From the NCBI RefSeq assembly GCF_009914755.1, contig NC_060932.1: DNA of 64,000 nt; one strand, given 5' to 3'. This document shows positions 1-16,059 of this stretch, one piece after another; within the stretch, counting starts at the first letter, position 1; each line of letters opens with the position of its first letter. The stretch is from the human T2T-CHM13v2.0 reference genome, Homo sapiens. Both the position numbers and the translations under genes were made by a program. The notes under the pieces are model-generated. The model was not told the origin of the DNA. It did no database searches and saw nothing but the letters and a program-made list of their open reading frames with translations.

Positions 1-77
1 CCGAGATCGCACCACTGCACTCCAGCCTGGGTGACAGAGTGAAACTCCGTCTCAAAAAAAAAAAAAAAAAAAAAAAG
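1..77 (+). mobile_element. Alu 3' end with poly(A) tail (truncated by window edge)
   Basis: ccgagatcgcaccactgcactccagcctgggtgacagagtgaaactccgtctc followed by an A-run. Confidence 0.97.
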
Positions 78-89
78 CATGCATTCCCA

Positions 90-870
90 GAGATGAAGAC
101 CCACATGCAGGTGGAAAGGACCCATTGAACATCAAGAAGAATGAATAATATAAGTAATTATTATTATTTTGAAAGAGCCACGTTCAACTCCACCCTTGTG
201 AAATTCCAGCACATGAAACGTAAAATGAACATATGAAAGGTTTTGGAGCAAAAGGCGGGTGATTTATAAAGGACTAAGAATCATATCAGCATCAAACTTG
301 TCATCATTACCACTAGATTCTATAGAAAATGGAGCGATATCTTCAAAGTGAGACCTGCTGGAAAGAACCAGTGACACTAAAAACATGTAGTAGTGCCATG
401 CAAATGCCAAGAGGAAATTATTTTAATACTTTTGTTTCTAACCAAATCACCAGTCAAAGGTGAGGGCAAAATGAAACAGTTTTGTATTTGTAATAATTCA
501 GAATTTAGTGCTGACACACGTACTCTTAGAAAAGTGCCAGAAGATATTTACCAGAAAAATGAAAAATGTATGTATAAAAAAAGAGAAGGGATCTGAGTTA
601 CTGGATGTAACCCAGAAGTACAACAAAAAGAAACCTAGGATGACAGCTACTGTGCAGCAAGCCTGGAAATCACTGGTCCAAATTAAAATGGAAAGTTTTA
701 ATGAATGTCTTCAAGAAGACAACTAATTATACATGACAACAATTGTACAATTAAAAAACTGGGCAATCCTGGTGATAAGGAGAAATAATATGATACCAAT
801 GACACCATATATTACTACCAATAATTGTAATAACATAATAATGTCAAGGATGAAGTTTCTCGAGCCTCTT
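90..870 (+). mobile_element. Old, degraded L1 (L1M/L1ME-type) ORF1-region relic
   Basis: A-rich segment resembling the L1 ORF1 C-terminal region (aagaatcatatcagcatcaaacttg...tggagcgatatcttcaaagtg); heavily diverged. Confidence 0.45.
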
Positions 871-882
871 ACTTGGAGAATC

Positions 883-1067
883 CTTTCCTCCCCTCCCCTC
901 CCCTCCTTTTTTCTCTCTTCTCCCCTCCTCTCCTCTCCTCCCCTCTCTTCTCTTCTTTTCCTTCCCTCCCTTCTTTCCTCCCTACCTCCATTCCTTCCTT
1001 CCTCCCTTCCTCCTCTCCTCCCTTCCTCCCCTTTTGCCTTCCTTCCTCCCTCCCTTCCTTCCTTCCT
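883..1067. repeat. Polypyrimidine (CT/CCTT-rich) low-complexity tract
   Basis: ~185 bp of almost only C/T on + (cctcc, ccttcctt units). Confidence 0.95.
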
Positions 1068-1439
1068 GTTTTATTTTTGCTTGCTATGTTATAGACCAAG
1101 GGAAAAAGAGAAGTTTCTTTTTAGGTATCCATTGGGAAAATGATATTTTCTTCACAAATTACTCTCTAGACAGTTGTCACATCTGATTCTTTTCAGTGTG
1201 CCTAGGAGCCCCAATCTGTCTTGAACAAACTATCCTTTATCTTAACTACTCTTTCAAATACTTCAAAAAACACCCTCGTATCTCTTTAGCTTTGTACTCC
1301 TTTCTCTCTCCATGGAAGAGACCACTGGCTCTGGAGCCTGTGGCCAATTTTGTCCTTAGTCTTCAATATTCAAGTGCTTCTGCTCTACGTCAACCTCACT
1401 CTGACTTTGTGTCTCAATTTTCATAGTTGGGGGTTAACA

Positions 1440-2310
1440 CCCAGCTCTCTGTTTGTCCTCTCATTCCAGCAGCCTCATGACCCATTCCTCTTGCTGGAGC
1501 CCCTGCATCAAATACCTGTCTAATGTGCTGGTCACCTGGAACAGGTCACGCCTCATCCTTGTCAATTCTCACTCCTTGGAAGGTGAAACGTCAGATGTGC
1601 ATAATGCTGTCTGTTGCCTGGATCTCTACAGATTGTTGGCTCACATTCACCCTTTGGGTCGTCTAATTTTGATAATATTCTTTTACTTCTTTAGGCCAGC
1701 CTGATGTCAGCTCCTGGCCTAGCTTTCCATCTGTTGATTGTCATTACCTTGTCTGGAATCCATCTACCTAAATAAACTTATTACCATTTTGGAAAGTGGG
1801 TCTGGCCACCAAGTAGGTATTTCTAGCTCCAGACCTTGACTTTTCTGTTCTGTCCAATCTATTGAAAGGTGTTCAAGCTCTCGACCTCGTTCCCCATCCC
1901 CATACCTGAATCCAGGCTTCCCCATGGTGATGCCATTGTTTTGTGCCACTCAGTTGCGACTCTTGCCCTGATTCACTTGGTAGGAAGAAGAGGCTCAAAC
2001 CTTTGTCTACACTGGTGCTTCCAGACCATGTATCTCTTCACCATTTTGCTTTACATCTGCACTTGCAAATGCTAAATCCTTTATCTGGCCCTTGTCCCCT
2101 CAAGCCTGATCTATTGCAGTTCACTCCAACTGTTTTGTCTGCCTTGTTTTTTCCACTCTCTTCACACACCTATTCGCCTATGATACTCTGTCAAAGTTAT
2201 CTCTCTAAAAGAAAACAGAAACAAAAACAAACATCTTTTCTGCTAAGAACTCCCTCTCCTGCTCAAAGTCCCCAGTGGTTTTCTATTTCTTGGAAGGAAT
2301 CATGATCCTT
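1440..2310 (+). mobile_element. Probable L2 relic
   Basis: Pyrimidine-rich segment with L2-like phrases (tcctgctcaaagtccccagtggttttctattt). Confidence 0.4.
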
Positions 2311-3543
2311 GTCCTGAAGTCATGGCTGCCTCCTGGTTTTGATGTGCCCATTGATGTTGACTTAGCTGTCCTTTTGCAAAATGTGCGTAGGAATGTCATT
2401 CCATCAAGGCAAGCCTTTGAGAAGATGACACATAAAAGTTGTTTGGAGACTTTTGAGCATCTCATTTGTCACATAAATATTTAGTAATAGCAATAGTAAA
2501 CATAACCCTGTTCCCAAGGAGAAATAATTGAGAACTGACCCTGACTGCAGTATCTGGAGGATGACAGATCTTGTTGTTCTTTGATCACAGAACTTTGTCA
2601 TACGTATACATCTAGCACATATCACTGTAGTATGGTGTGAGTGCTACATGTCATGGGTTATAAGATCACAAAATTCAATGAAAGGAAGGAAGTATAGGAA
2701 AAGTAATGAGATCGTCTAAGTAATAAATGCAGTGTGACAGTCATGGCATTGAAGATGAAATCAAATATGCATGGTTAATAGCATTGGTGGAAACTTCCTC
2801 TTCTGCTAGATGTTTTATTCTTAATAAATCTTAACCAGATGCATGTATGTTTGCTACATTGCCATTTTAATGTGAAACTGACTTTTCTAACCAACTCTTT
2901 TCCTGCAATACTTAGTATCAGTTGCTACCATCCCTGACCAGCATGATATCATATGGAAGTTGTTTTTGACTGAGGAAAATTTTCAATGTATCAGTCATGT
3001 AAAATGAATACAGATAACTCATCATGCTTATTCTGTCATTCGATTCTGGCCTGTCTGTAACCCTACTTTAGTTTTCATTATACTTACCCCTTGAATGAAT
3101 TAAGAAAAACTTGTTAAAATTACTCGTGAACAGTTTGCTCCGATGCTATAAGCAAAGTATTTGATAGATTAGTAGCTCTGACTCTCAGATGCAAAATTCA
3201 TGAACTTGAATTCTTTTTCCAACTTTTTTTTCCCTAGGTCTTTCACATGTTCCTGACCTTGATTTTAAATTTTAACTTAGCTCTACTGAATCTATGATAT
3301 TTGGACTATGTGCTAATTGTCAAATTAAAGGTACTTTCTTCTCACATAATGATGCCTTTTGTACATTATAAAGTAAAAGGAGAAGACTATACATCCATTT
3401 TTAAATGCTCTAATTTCTTTCTAACATTCTTAAATTGATATGCCATTGTTGTACATTTTTGGTGGGCACATAACTGCTCTAATTTCTTACACACATACAT
3501 ATAACAACATGTCAATGGTTGTTATCCTCCAGTGATGGTGGTA

Positions 3544-4565
3544 TGGTAGCAGACATTTGTGGTTTGGCTCCCATCCCCATTCTTTCTCCTTCAGGCTTTA
3601 GCCCCCAGTCTCACTAATGGTATCAAGGTCTCCACTACTTGTAGCCCTTGTGGTCTGGGAAGTGGGTTCCACCCCTGGTTCCCCCAGTCTGTTGGCACAC
3701 TGAGCTAGGGGAGGACTCAGGGCCAGGCCCTGAACCAACACATCTCATTGCCAAAGCTTTGGTTTCAGCCATCAAGGCTGCAGAGCCTTTCCCATGGGAT
3801 GTGGAGTTGGAGGTAAGACAGTACTGGCATTTTTGCAGTACAGTCACACTGCAGTCTCTGTCGGGGAGAAAAGATTTCTTTCCTCACCCATTAGTAGGTT
3901 CATGGATGAGGCACCTATATAAAAGATTAACAAGAGAAAAGCATAGAAATTTATTTAATAAAAGCTTTATGAGAGCCTTTAGAAATTAAGACTCAAAGAG
4001 TTAGGAAAACCTGTGTATTTTTATGCTTAGGTTGAATGAAGAGGTGCACAGTGGTGAAAAGTATGAGTGGACCAAGGAAATGTGATCTAATGGTAATAAA
4101 CTGAGGGGACTTAGCAAGGCCTGCTTACTCAGATTCTTCTCTGTGTCCTTATGTCTTCAGAGATGAGGATGTGTCTTTCCTCCAGGTATAGGGAGGGCAC
4201 CCCTAGAATGGGGGTCTTATGATCTGCTTCACAGGAGAAGAACAAGGGGAAGATGAGAGAAACCTTTCTGCTTCTGCTGTTTTCTCAAATGCCAATGTGC
4301 CATATTTTGGGTTAATGTGTCCTGAGCCCAGCCACCCTGAAGAGACAGTCTGACTGGGAATGGAATGAGCCTCATGGACAGCAGAGTCAGAGGAGGCAAG
4401 ATAGAAATCTGGAGCTGGTGACACCATTTGACCTCAGATCAAGTGGCACCTGAAATTAGTTCAAACCCTGCTCTTTTCAGTTTTAGGAGCCAAGAGATTC
4501 CCTTTATGCTAAAGCAATTTGAATTGGGTTTTACGGCTGCCTACAGTAGAAAGAGAGTCTTAACC
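3544..4565 (+). mobile_element. MLT1 (MaLR) LTR relic, interrupted by a MER34/39-like LTR
   Basis: 3' part ...aagagattccctttatgctaaagcaatttgaattgggtttt...agagtcttaac resembles old MLT1 ends. Confidence 0.55.
3859..4334 (-). mobile_element. ERV1 solo LTR, MER34/MER39-like
   Basis: Reverse complement reads ...cccaaaatatggcacattggcatttgagaaaacagcagaagcag... Confidence 0.7.
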
Positions 4566-5677
4566 ATTTACAAATCATGGATGATTATGTCCTTAGTATT
4601 TTACTATATTTTTCATTTTTTTCTATGATGAATATAATGGCCACAAAAAAAAATCCCATCCCCACCCCCCAATAAATGTTGCAAAATTGTTTTCAGTTCT
4701 CCAGGATGGTACTGATGAATTATTTTCCTTATTTTGGGTGTTGAGAAATTTTGTTTTTTTCTTTATGTTGCATCTGAATATTTACTTTTAGTTTGCAGGT
4801 AAATAATTTATTCTCTTAAAGAAACAATTTATTCCTAAATCTTGTTCAAGCTGTTTTGGTAGTGGACAATACCCAGGATGAGTTTAGAATAATCCTCTTA
4901 CTTTATTTTAAGCTAACTTAGATTTAAGAAAGACTAAATTTTCTTTGTCTAGGTCAATATTTACCATTCTATATAGATTTCCATCCTAGGTGAAGAGAAC
5001 TTTGACACATGTTTTTCTTCTGGGACAACTTTCTTTCAATTAGTTGGTACATATTTTATTAATACAAGGCCATAAGTTTAATATGGCCCCCACAGAATAA
5101 TTTTGATTAACAAATATTTGCTGAGAAACAGTCTGGGTTCTTAAACTTCTCAGTTTAAAAATTGCTGAATTCAGGGAAGTCGAAGCATGAAGGTAGGGTG
5201 CAGGTGGGAGATAGGTATCACATTTAATTGAGAGAAGCCAGAAGGTTGGCATGGAAATCTGGAAAAAATAAGTTATAGATGTTCCAGGAGTTTGTTTCAG
5301 GCACTAAGTATACATGAATAAGAAACACCATCCCCACCCTCAGAGACTATGTAGCTATTTAGGGAGTGGTGACATTTTCTGTAACCCTAGATAGCTCACT
5401 CATGTTAAAACCTATGTGCCAGTTAGGGCTCTTGGTGGAAAGCAGGAAAAACTGACTTTGATAAAGAAAAGTTAACCTTTGGAAGGATCTGGCATGACTT
5501 ACTAAACAAAAGCTTTGCTGAAGAGCCAGGCCGGAAAGGGCAGGAAGCAGGGATGCTCTGGGTATCCAGTAGCAGCGACTCATCTATTATTTCAGTAAGT
5601 CACCTCCACAGTTTTTCAAATCCTTTTGTCTCTCTACTAAAAATGTGAAGTCCTAGGAAATAAAAAGCCTTGGCCAG

Positions 5678-6031
5678 TGTCTTAGTCTGTTCCTGTGGCT
5701 ATAACAAAATACCTTAGACTGGGTAGTTCATAAATAATAGAAACTTCTTGCTCACAGTTCTAGAGGCTGGGAAGTCCAAGATCAAGGCACCAGCACATTT
5801 AGTGTCTGGTGAGGGGTGCTCTCTGCTTCATACATGGTGCTTCTTACTGCACTCCTGCATGGCAGGAGGGGCACAGCTCTTTTATGAAGTCACTAATTCT
5901 ATATATGAGGCCTGTACCCTCATGACTTGATCAGCTTCTAAAGGCCCCCCACCTCTTAATACTATCACATTGGTGATTAAGTTTCAACATATAAATTTGG
6001 GGGCAGGGACACAAATATTTAGAATATAACA
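5678..6031 (-). mobile_element. MaLR solo LTR (MLT1A/MST-like)
   Basis: tgtcttagtctgttcctgtggctataacaaaataccttagactgggt...ctcacagttctagaggctgggaagtccaagatcaagg...aatataaca. Confidence 0.85.
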
Positions 6032-6780
6032 GGCTGAGAAGGGCAAAGTATCTTGTCTTGACAGACTCATCAACTCTGCTTCACCAGAAGAATAGAGGAG
6101 TTGATGTTAGACAACCCAACATGATAATGTGTACTGTATTCAGTTAGGATTTAGCAGTGGGTATAAAACTTGGTCATTAAAACACCCCCACCCATCACAT
6201 AGATAATTCATTTACTTATTTTCAAATATGACTTACCAAACTTCAGAATGTCACAGAAATAACTTTCCATCATTATGAAAAAGTAAAATTCACAAAAACA
6301 TTTGTGGTATAATATATTAAAGAAATCATCTCTTCATGTCTGTCAGATACTTGGTCAAATACAAATTGTATGGCTCCATTAATGAATGAAATAAATACAA
6401 AAATTGTAAGTGGGACTTAATTAGCATTCTGTGAAGTGCCTATGAAAATTAGACTAGGAAAATGATAGTGGTATTTGGAAGCCATTTTCAATTTCAAGAA
6501 ATGGATTGAATCATGTTTGAATGGAGAAGGTGAAAAAATGGCTCTAAAAGATCTGCTCAGCAGAGAATGTAGAAGGTAAATTTTATTTTTAATGCTATTC
6601 AAACAGAGAAGAAACAGGTTAACATTTAAATGAATAACATTAAAAAATAAGATATAATTTTTATACTCAAAATTCTTATAATATTGTCAAAATATATCTT
6701 AATATTCTCCTAGTGGTATATTTATTCTTTTGAAATGATATCATGCAGAACTTTGTAAATAAAGAGTTATTTCAGGGAGT

Positions 6781-10016
<3,236 letters not shown>

Positions 10017-10455
10017 TGTGAAAGGAAAATCTAGGGGCCCCAAAATCACTAAGCTAAAGAGAAAAGTCAAGCTGGGAACTGCTTAGGGCAAACCTGCCGC
10101 CCATTCTACTCAAAGTCATCCCTTTGCTCACTGAGCTGAGTATCTGATTTCCTTTTTTGGAAATGCTAATCAAAAACTCAAAAGATGCAACTGTTTGTCT
10201 CTCACTTACCTGTCACCTGGAAGCCCTCTCCCTGCTTGAGTTGTCCTGCCTTTCCAGGAACCAATGTACATATTACATATATTGATTGATGTCTCATGTC
10301 TCCTTAAAATGTATAAAACCAAATTGTGCTCTGACCACCTTGGGCACATGTCATCAGGACCTCCTGAAGGGTGTGTGAAGGGTGCGTGTCCTCAACTTTG
10401 GCAGAATAAACTTTCTAAATTAACTGAGACCTGTCTCAGATATTCGGGGTTCACA
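10017..10455 (+). mobile_element. MER4A-type 3' LTR
   Basis: tgtgaaaggaaaatctaggggccccaaaatcactaagctaaag...aataaactttctaaattaactgagacctgtctcag...ttcaca; TG...CA termini. Confidence 0.85.
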
Positions 10456-10619
10456 AGATGTTTTGAAATTTAATGCAGTTTATTTTTTGTGTGTGGTTTA
10501 AAATTTTTATTACTTGTTTAAAAAGATCCTTTCCAATATCAAGGTCATGCAGACATTCTTTGACATTTTCTCCCAATTGCTTTACATTTTTAGTTTTTTA
10601 GATGGCAGTGTCTTTGTCC

Positions 10620-11351
10620 TTACAACTTCCTCTAACATTTGCAACTGTATCTCTTCCTGGCTGACTCTTTCTTTCCCATCAGCTTTCTGTTCAAATGTTA
10701 CTTCCTTATCTGGCCTCTCAATAAAAAAAAAAATAGTCCCCATACAACACCAGTTACTCTCTCAAATTATGCTGTTTTATTTTCTTCTCTACACAATTAC
10801 TCTCTGCAATGATTCTGTTCATTTTTCTTGTTCATTTGTTTACTTTTTTATTTTATGTTTCCTCTACACCAGGTGTAAGTGCTTAAGAACAAAGGTCTTT
10901 GTCTTGTTCACTATAGCATCCCCAACATCTAGAATGGAACTATTGCTAACAGGGTTGTCAGGGAGCAGATGCTGGAGGGAGTTTCTGTGTGGGTTGCTCA
11001 GTAGATCACGCCCTTTGGTTCAACACCAGTGGAAGGGAAGAGGCAGAAGCAAGATCAAGCCAAGTCAGGAGTGGAGCTGCAGTGCTGGCCCCAGTGCCTT
11101 AGCTCTTGACATAAAATAACACGGCAGCATCATCCTGCATGAGTGATCAGAACTTTCCCACCCACCTACATAAGACATTGAGGATGCCTGACCTGGGCAG
11201 GGTGGCTCTACAGCTGAGGCCACCCCTGCAGGGGCTGACAGCTGGAGGCAACAAGTCCTCTCCTGTAGGGGCATCTTGGCAATCCAGCTCTGTGTCTATC
11301 ACAGGTGTCTGGCACATAATCAGCATGTAATAAATTTTTCTTAAATGAATG
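10620..11351 (+). mobile_element. L2 3' end relic interrupted by an ERVL LTR
   Basis: gtctttgtcttgttcactatagcatccccaacatctagaa [LTR] gtgtctggcacataatcagcatgtaataaat...aatgaatg. Confidence 0.6.
10944..11303 (-). mobile_element. ERVL-class LTR (LTR16/LTR33-like)
   Basis: GC-richer block; the reverse complement starts tgtgatagacacagagc...cagctgtcagcccctgcagggg. Confidence 0.55.
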
Positions 11352-11645
11352 TTTTTCTGAGCAGAAGGTAAAATTTCTGAGGAACAGTATTTAAAACATT
11401 TTAATGTGAGTACTGCAGGAACTGACTCTAGAAATTTTGGTTACAAGCCACATTCTTAGCACCCTTTTGCTCTTCTGGGCTTACCCCACAAAGGTCACTG
11501 TTTATATTTTTTCTTGTTATTTATTTTTTTCAACTTTAGTGCTTCCTAGGAAAAATCTATGATTTTGCTGTTGTTGTGGCTCTTTTTAATTTCTGCTTTC
11601 AATACTTAGTCATTTCTCAATGCATGAGTATTTGTTGTCCTATAG

Positions 11646-11973
<328 letters not shown>

Positions 11974-12093
11974 CTATAATTTCATTTTGGCTTTAACTCT
12001 TTCACTTATGATAAATTAATCTTGTACAGTATGAAGAAGAACCTATACTTTTTTCTTAAATTGTCTTAAATGAGTAATCATTTTGATGTATGC

Positions 12094-12581
<488 letters not shown>

Positions 12582-13424
12582 TAAAGGAGAAATGGTTAAC
12601 TCTGTATTGTTGCCCTTTCCTTCTAATTAATTATTTCAGTATCTAACTCATGCTCAGTGCAAATATTCAAGGAAATCCAAATGTTTTAAAGCCCAGTTGG
12701 CTTGCATGAGTTAGAACTAACTTTCTGTTATTTATTTAGTTTTCCATTTTGGTTTGTAGTGTGAAGTCCCAAGAATGAACACTTTAATATAAGCTTTCCT
12801 GTCTTGAGTTTGGTTTGATTAGAAATGTCACTGAAAATTGAACTGTGTGGGAGTAGAGAAAAATATCTCTCAGAGGGCAAAAATAGCAATAACCAAAGAA
12901 CATAAAAATAAGACTATAGAAAATCATCTAAGCTTTTGAACATCCCTCTAGGTATAGTATGGGTTTGGCACAGCAGGATATTTCGATTTTGAGTTGGTTT
13001 CTTATTCTGATGTCTTAAGAGGGGATTATCATTTCAGTGAACTTCCATTGTAGCTTTGTGTGCTAGTGAGAGTTTTCTATCATATTACAGAAAAAAGAAA
13101 ATGAATTTCAATTCTGGATCCAGCAGGAGGAAAAATATTGGCATTGATTTTCACTTTTCCAATGAATGTGAAGACTGTTTAGACATCTGCAAATAGGGTA
13201 GATAAAGACTTCGATGATGGGAAGGGAGATAAATATTTACCTTTTAAATATATTTATATACATACTATATATTTTAGTTTTTAAAATCTATTTTTGTGGG
13301 AATTTTATATTTTATAAAGGTTTACTATGTTAAAAGTTTGGAATTTCTGGGGAAAAAAACTAAAGTATAAAATACTCATTTTTTTTAAACAAAGAAACAG
13401 AAGATTCTAAAATGTAACTTTGGA

Positions 13425-13937
13425 GTCATCCTGAAGTGGCAACCAGAGAAGAATTAAGGGCACTGCGGTGGAACACCATCCCTTTCTCTGATGTGCAAAA
13501 AAGGCCAGGCCTTAACATAGATCCATGGGTGAAAATCCAAAACCCTGCAAGATTCCTGCTCAGTGCCACGTTTTTGGGAAAAAAATTGATAGAATGTGAA
13601 CATGGAATAGGTAGTATCTGGGAAGAGAAAGAGTGCAAGACAGAATCTGATGATTTCATAGAGTGCATGCTTCAGCAGAAAACAATGGGACTTGTGAGAG
13701 CCATCAAGAAGTTGCGGGATAAGCTAATAATGGAAGGGAAGTACACCCTTCCACCTCACTGCTTGGGTAAGGGGGATCCTAGGCCCTGAGCAGAGCCACT
13801 GCTGATGTCTGGAGGCTAAATTTCATGTTCTCTATTCTCCACTGGAAAGACTGTTTAATGAAAACTTATTTGTCAAAGTGTGTAAAAGTAAAGGTTTGCT
13901 TCATTCTAAAATAAATAAAACAATAAATACATAAATG
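13425..13937 (+). pseudogene. NDUFS5: Processed pseudogene of NDUFS5 (complex I 15 kDa subunit); pseudogene number not determined
   Basis: Translation IPFSDVQKRPGLNIDPW...IECEHGIG...EKECK...RDKLIMEGKYTLPPHCLGKGDPRP* matches NDUFS5 end to end. It is intronless, ATG has become ATC at 13478, and it has a decayed A-tail. 15-bp TSD aaatgtaactttgga (13410-13424) / aaatataactttgga (13938-13952). Confidence 0.95.
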
Positions 13938-13991
13938 AAATATAACTTTGGATTTCATGACTCTTTTTCTGTAGCAAAAAGCATTACATGG

Positions 13992-14726
13992 TGTATTAGT
14001 AAGGGTTCTCCAGAGAGGCAGACCAATAGGATAGATAGATAGATAGATGGATGGATAGATAGATAGATAGACAGATAGATAGATAGATAGATAGATGGAT
14101 AGACAGACAGATATACATAGATATAGATAGATGAGAGGAGATTCATTAGGGGAATTGGCTCACATGATTATGGAGGCTAAGAAGTCCCATGATAGTCTTC
14201 CTGCAAGTTGGAAAACCAGGAAAGCCCTCAGTATTGCTCAGTCCAAGTTCCAAGGCCTCAGAACCAGAGAAGCCAATGATGTAACTTTCAGTTTGAGACT
14301 GAAGGCCAGACAGCTCAGGAGACTGCTGGCGAGCGTCCGTTGTCCAGATGCCCAAGAACCTAGAGTTCTGGTGTCCAAGGCTAGGAAAAGAAGGGCATCC
14401 AGTTTCAGAAGAGAGAGAGAGCTAAAACACATCCTTCATCCACCTTTTTATTTTATCCAGGCTCACAGCTGATTAGATGATGCCCGCCCACATTAAGGAA
14501 GGATCATCCCCACTCAGTCCAACAATTCACATGCCAATCTTCTCTGCAAACACTCTCACAGATACACAAATAAATAATGCTCTACCAGCTATTTAGATAT
14601 CTAGCCGAGTTGACACCTAGAACTAACCATCTCCTCTGGAAACACTCTCACAGATACACAAAGAAATAATGCTTTACCAGCTACTTAGGTATGCAGCCAA
14701 ATTGACACCTAGAACTAACCATCACA
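13992..14726 (-). mobile_element. MLT2 (ERVL) solo LTR with 5-bp TSD catgg/cacgg
   Basis: tgtattagtaagggttctccagagag...gaattggctcacatgattatggaggct...gacacctagaactaaccatcaca. Confidence 0.9.
14030..14131. repeat. Compound (GATA/GATG/GACA)n tetranucleotide STR inside MLT2
   Basis: Direct reading of the repeat units. Confidence 0.95.
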
Positions 14727-14814
14727 CACGGTATTAAAGAAAGGACCCGTATATGCATAAATTCTGATTAATAATATTCTTTGAGAGCTGCTATCATGTA
14801 CATGGACAATTGTC

Positions 14815-15715
14815 TTTTATTTGTTTGTTTATTGTGGCAAAATATGTGTAACATAACATTTACCATTTTAACCACTTTTAAGAGGTTCAGTGGAAGTAAG
14901 TACATTCATATTGTGTAACCATCACCACTATCCACCCATCTCCAGTACTTTTTCGTCATCCAAAACTGAAATGTTGTACTCATTAAGCAATAACCATCCC
15001 CTTTCCCCCTAGCCCCTGGTAACCACTATTCCACTTTCCATCTCTACGAATTTGGCTATTCTAGGTACCCCCTATAAGTAGAAACATACAATATTTGTCA
15101 TTTTGTGACTGGCTTAATGAGCATAATGTCTTTAAGGGTCATCCATGTTGCAGAATGTTTTCGCATTGAATAGTCTTGGCTCCCCTGTCAAAAATCATTT
15201 GACCATATATGTGAGGCTTATTTCCAGGTTCTCTATTCTATTCAATTGGTCTATATGTCTATCTTTATGCCAGTATGACACTATTTTGATTACTGTAGAT
15301 TTGTAATACATTTTGAAATTAGGAATTATGTCCTCTCTATTTTTTTCCAACAACATTTTGTAGTTTTCAATGCAGAAGTCTTTTACCTCCTTAATTAACT
15401 TTATTCCTAAGTATTTTATTTTTATGATGCTATTTTAAGTAGAATAATTTCTTAATTTCCTTTTTGGATTATTCGTTGTTAGTATATAAAAATGCAAATA
15501 ATGTTTTCATGTTAATTTTGTAACTTGTAACATGGCTGAATTTGTTTTTTATTTCTAATAGTTTTTTGTGAGACCTTTAGCATTTTCTATACATATATAA
15601 GGTCATGTTATCTGGGCACACATAATTTTACTTCTTCCTTTCCAATTTGGATCCTTTTATTTCTTTTTCTTGCTTAGTTGCTCTGGCTAGGACTTCCAGC
15701 ACTGTGTTAAACAGA
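14815..15715 (-). mobile_element. L1M (L1MB-like) 3' UTR and ORF2 fragments
   Basis: aacataacatttaccattttaaccacttttaag...; gtctatctttatgccagtatgacactattttgattactgtag; ctctggctaggacttccagcac. Confidence 0.85.
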
Positions 15716-15719
15716 ATAC

Positions 15720-16029
15720 CATTTCCATGTTATAAACATCAGAGATAAGTGTGGCCAAAGTAATCAAGAGGCTGCAGAAGACTTTAAAAAATACTACTAA
15801 GTGTTATGTGGAATAGGTTTGCAACATTGATGAGACTGACTTTTTTTCAAGGACTCTGGCAAAGTAGCCTATAAAACACACATGGCATTTCAATTAATGA
15901 AGATGTAACCAGAGGCTTATAGGAATCTAATGCTGCATGGCCTCTAGGAGCAATAGTTCAGTATTTCATAACCTAGTGCTCATGACAAGTTTATAAGACG
16001 TAACTACCATGAATAATGAGAATTGACTG
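15720..16029 (+). mobile_element. Tigger/pogo DNA transposon relic
   Basis: gtttgcaacattgatgagactgacttt translates VCNIDETDF (cf. the pogo-family VFNxDETGL motif); ends aataatgagaattgactg. Confidence 0.5.
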
Positions 16030-16059
16030 TGTTTCCTGAAGTACAGGTTTTAGCTCCAA

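Noticed and set aside
733-1143. P/S/L-rich and G/R/E-rich ORFs of 73-136 aa
   Set aside because: They are translations of the CT-rich low-complexity tract.
2275-2625. Overlapping short ORFs (e.g. LKSWLPPGFDVPIDVDLAVLLQNV)
   Set aside because: No recognisable homology or splice structure; length is within chance expectation.
10514-11119. 201-aa hydrophobic ORF
   Set aside because: It has a non-ATG start and runs across T-rich L2 relic and LTR sequence; the hydrophobicity follows base composition.
13436-13789. Functional NDUFS5 gene
   Set aside because: It is intronless with TSDs and an A-tail, the ATG is lost and one internal segment is frameshifted, so it is called a pseudogene.
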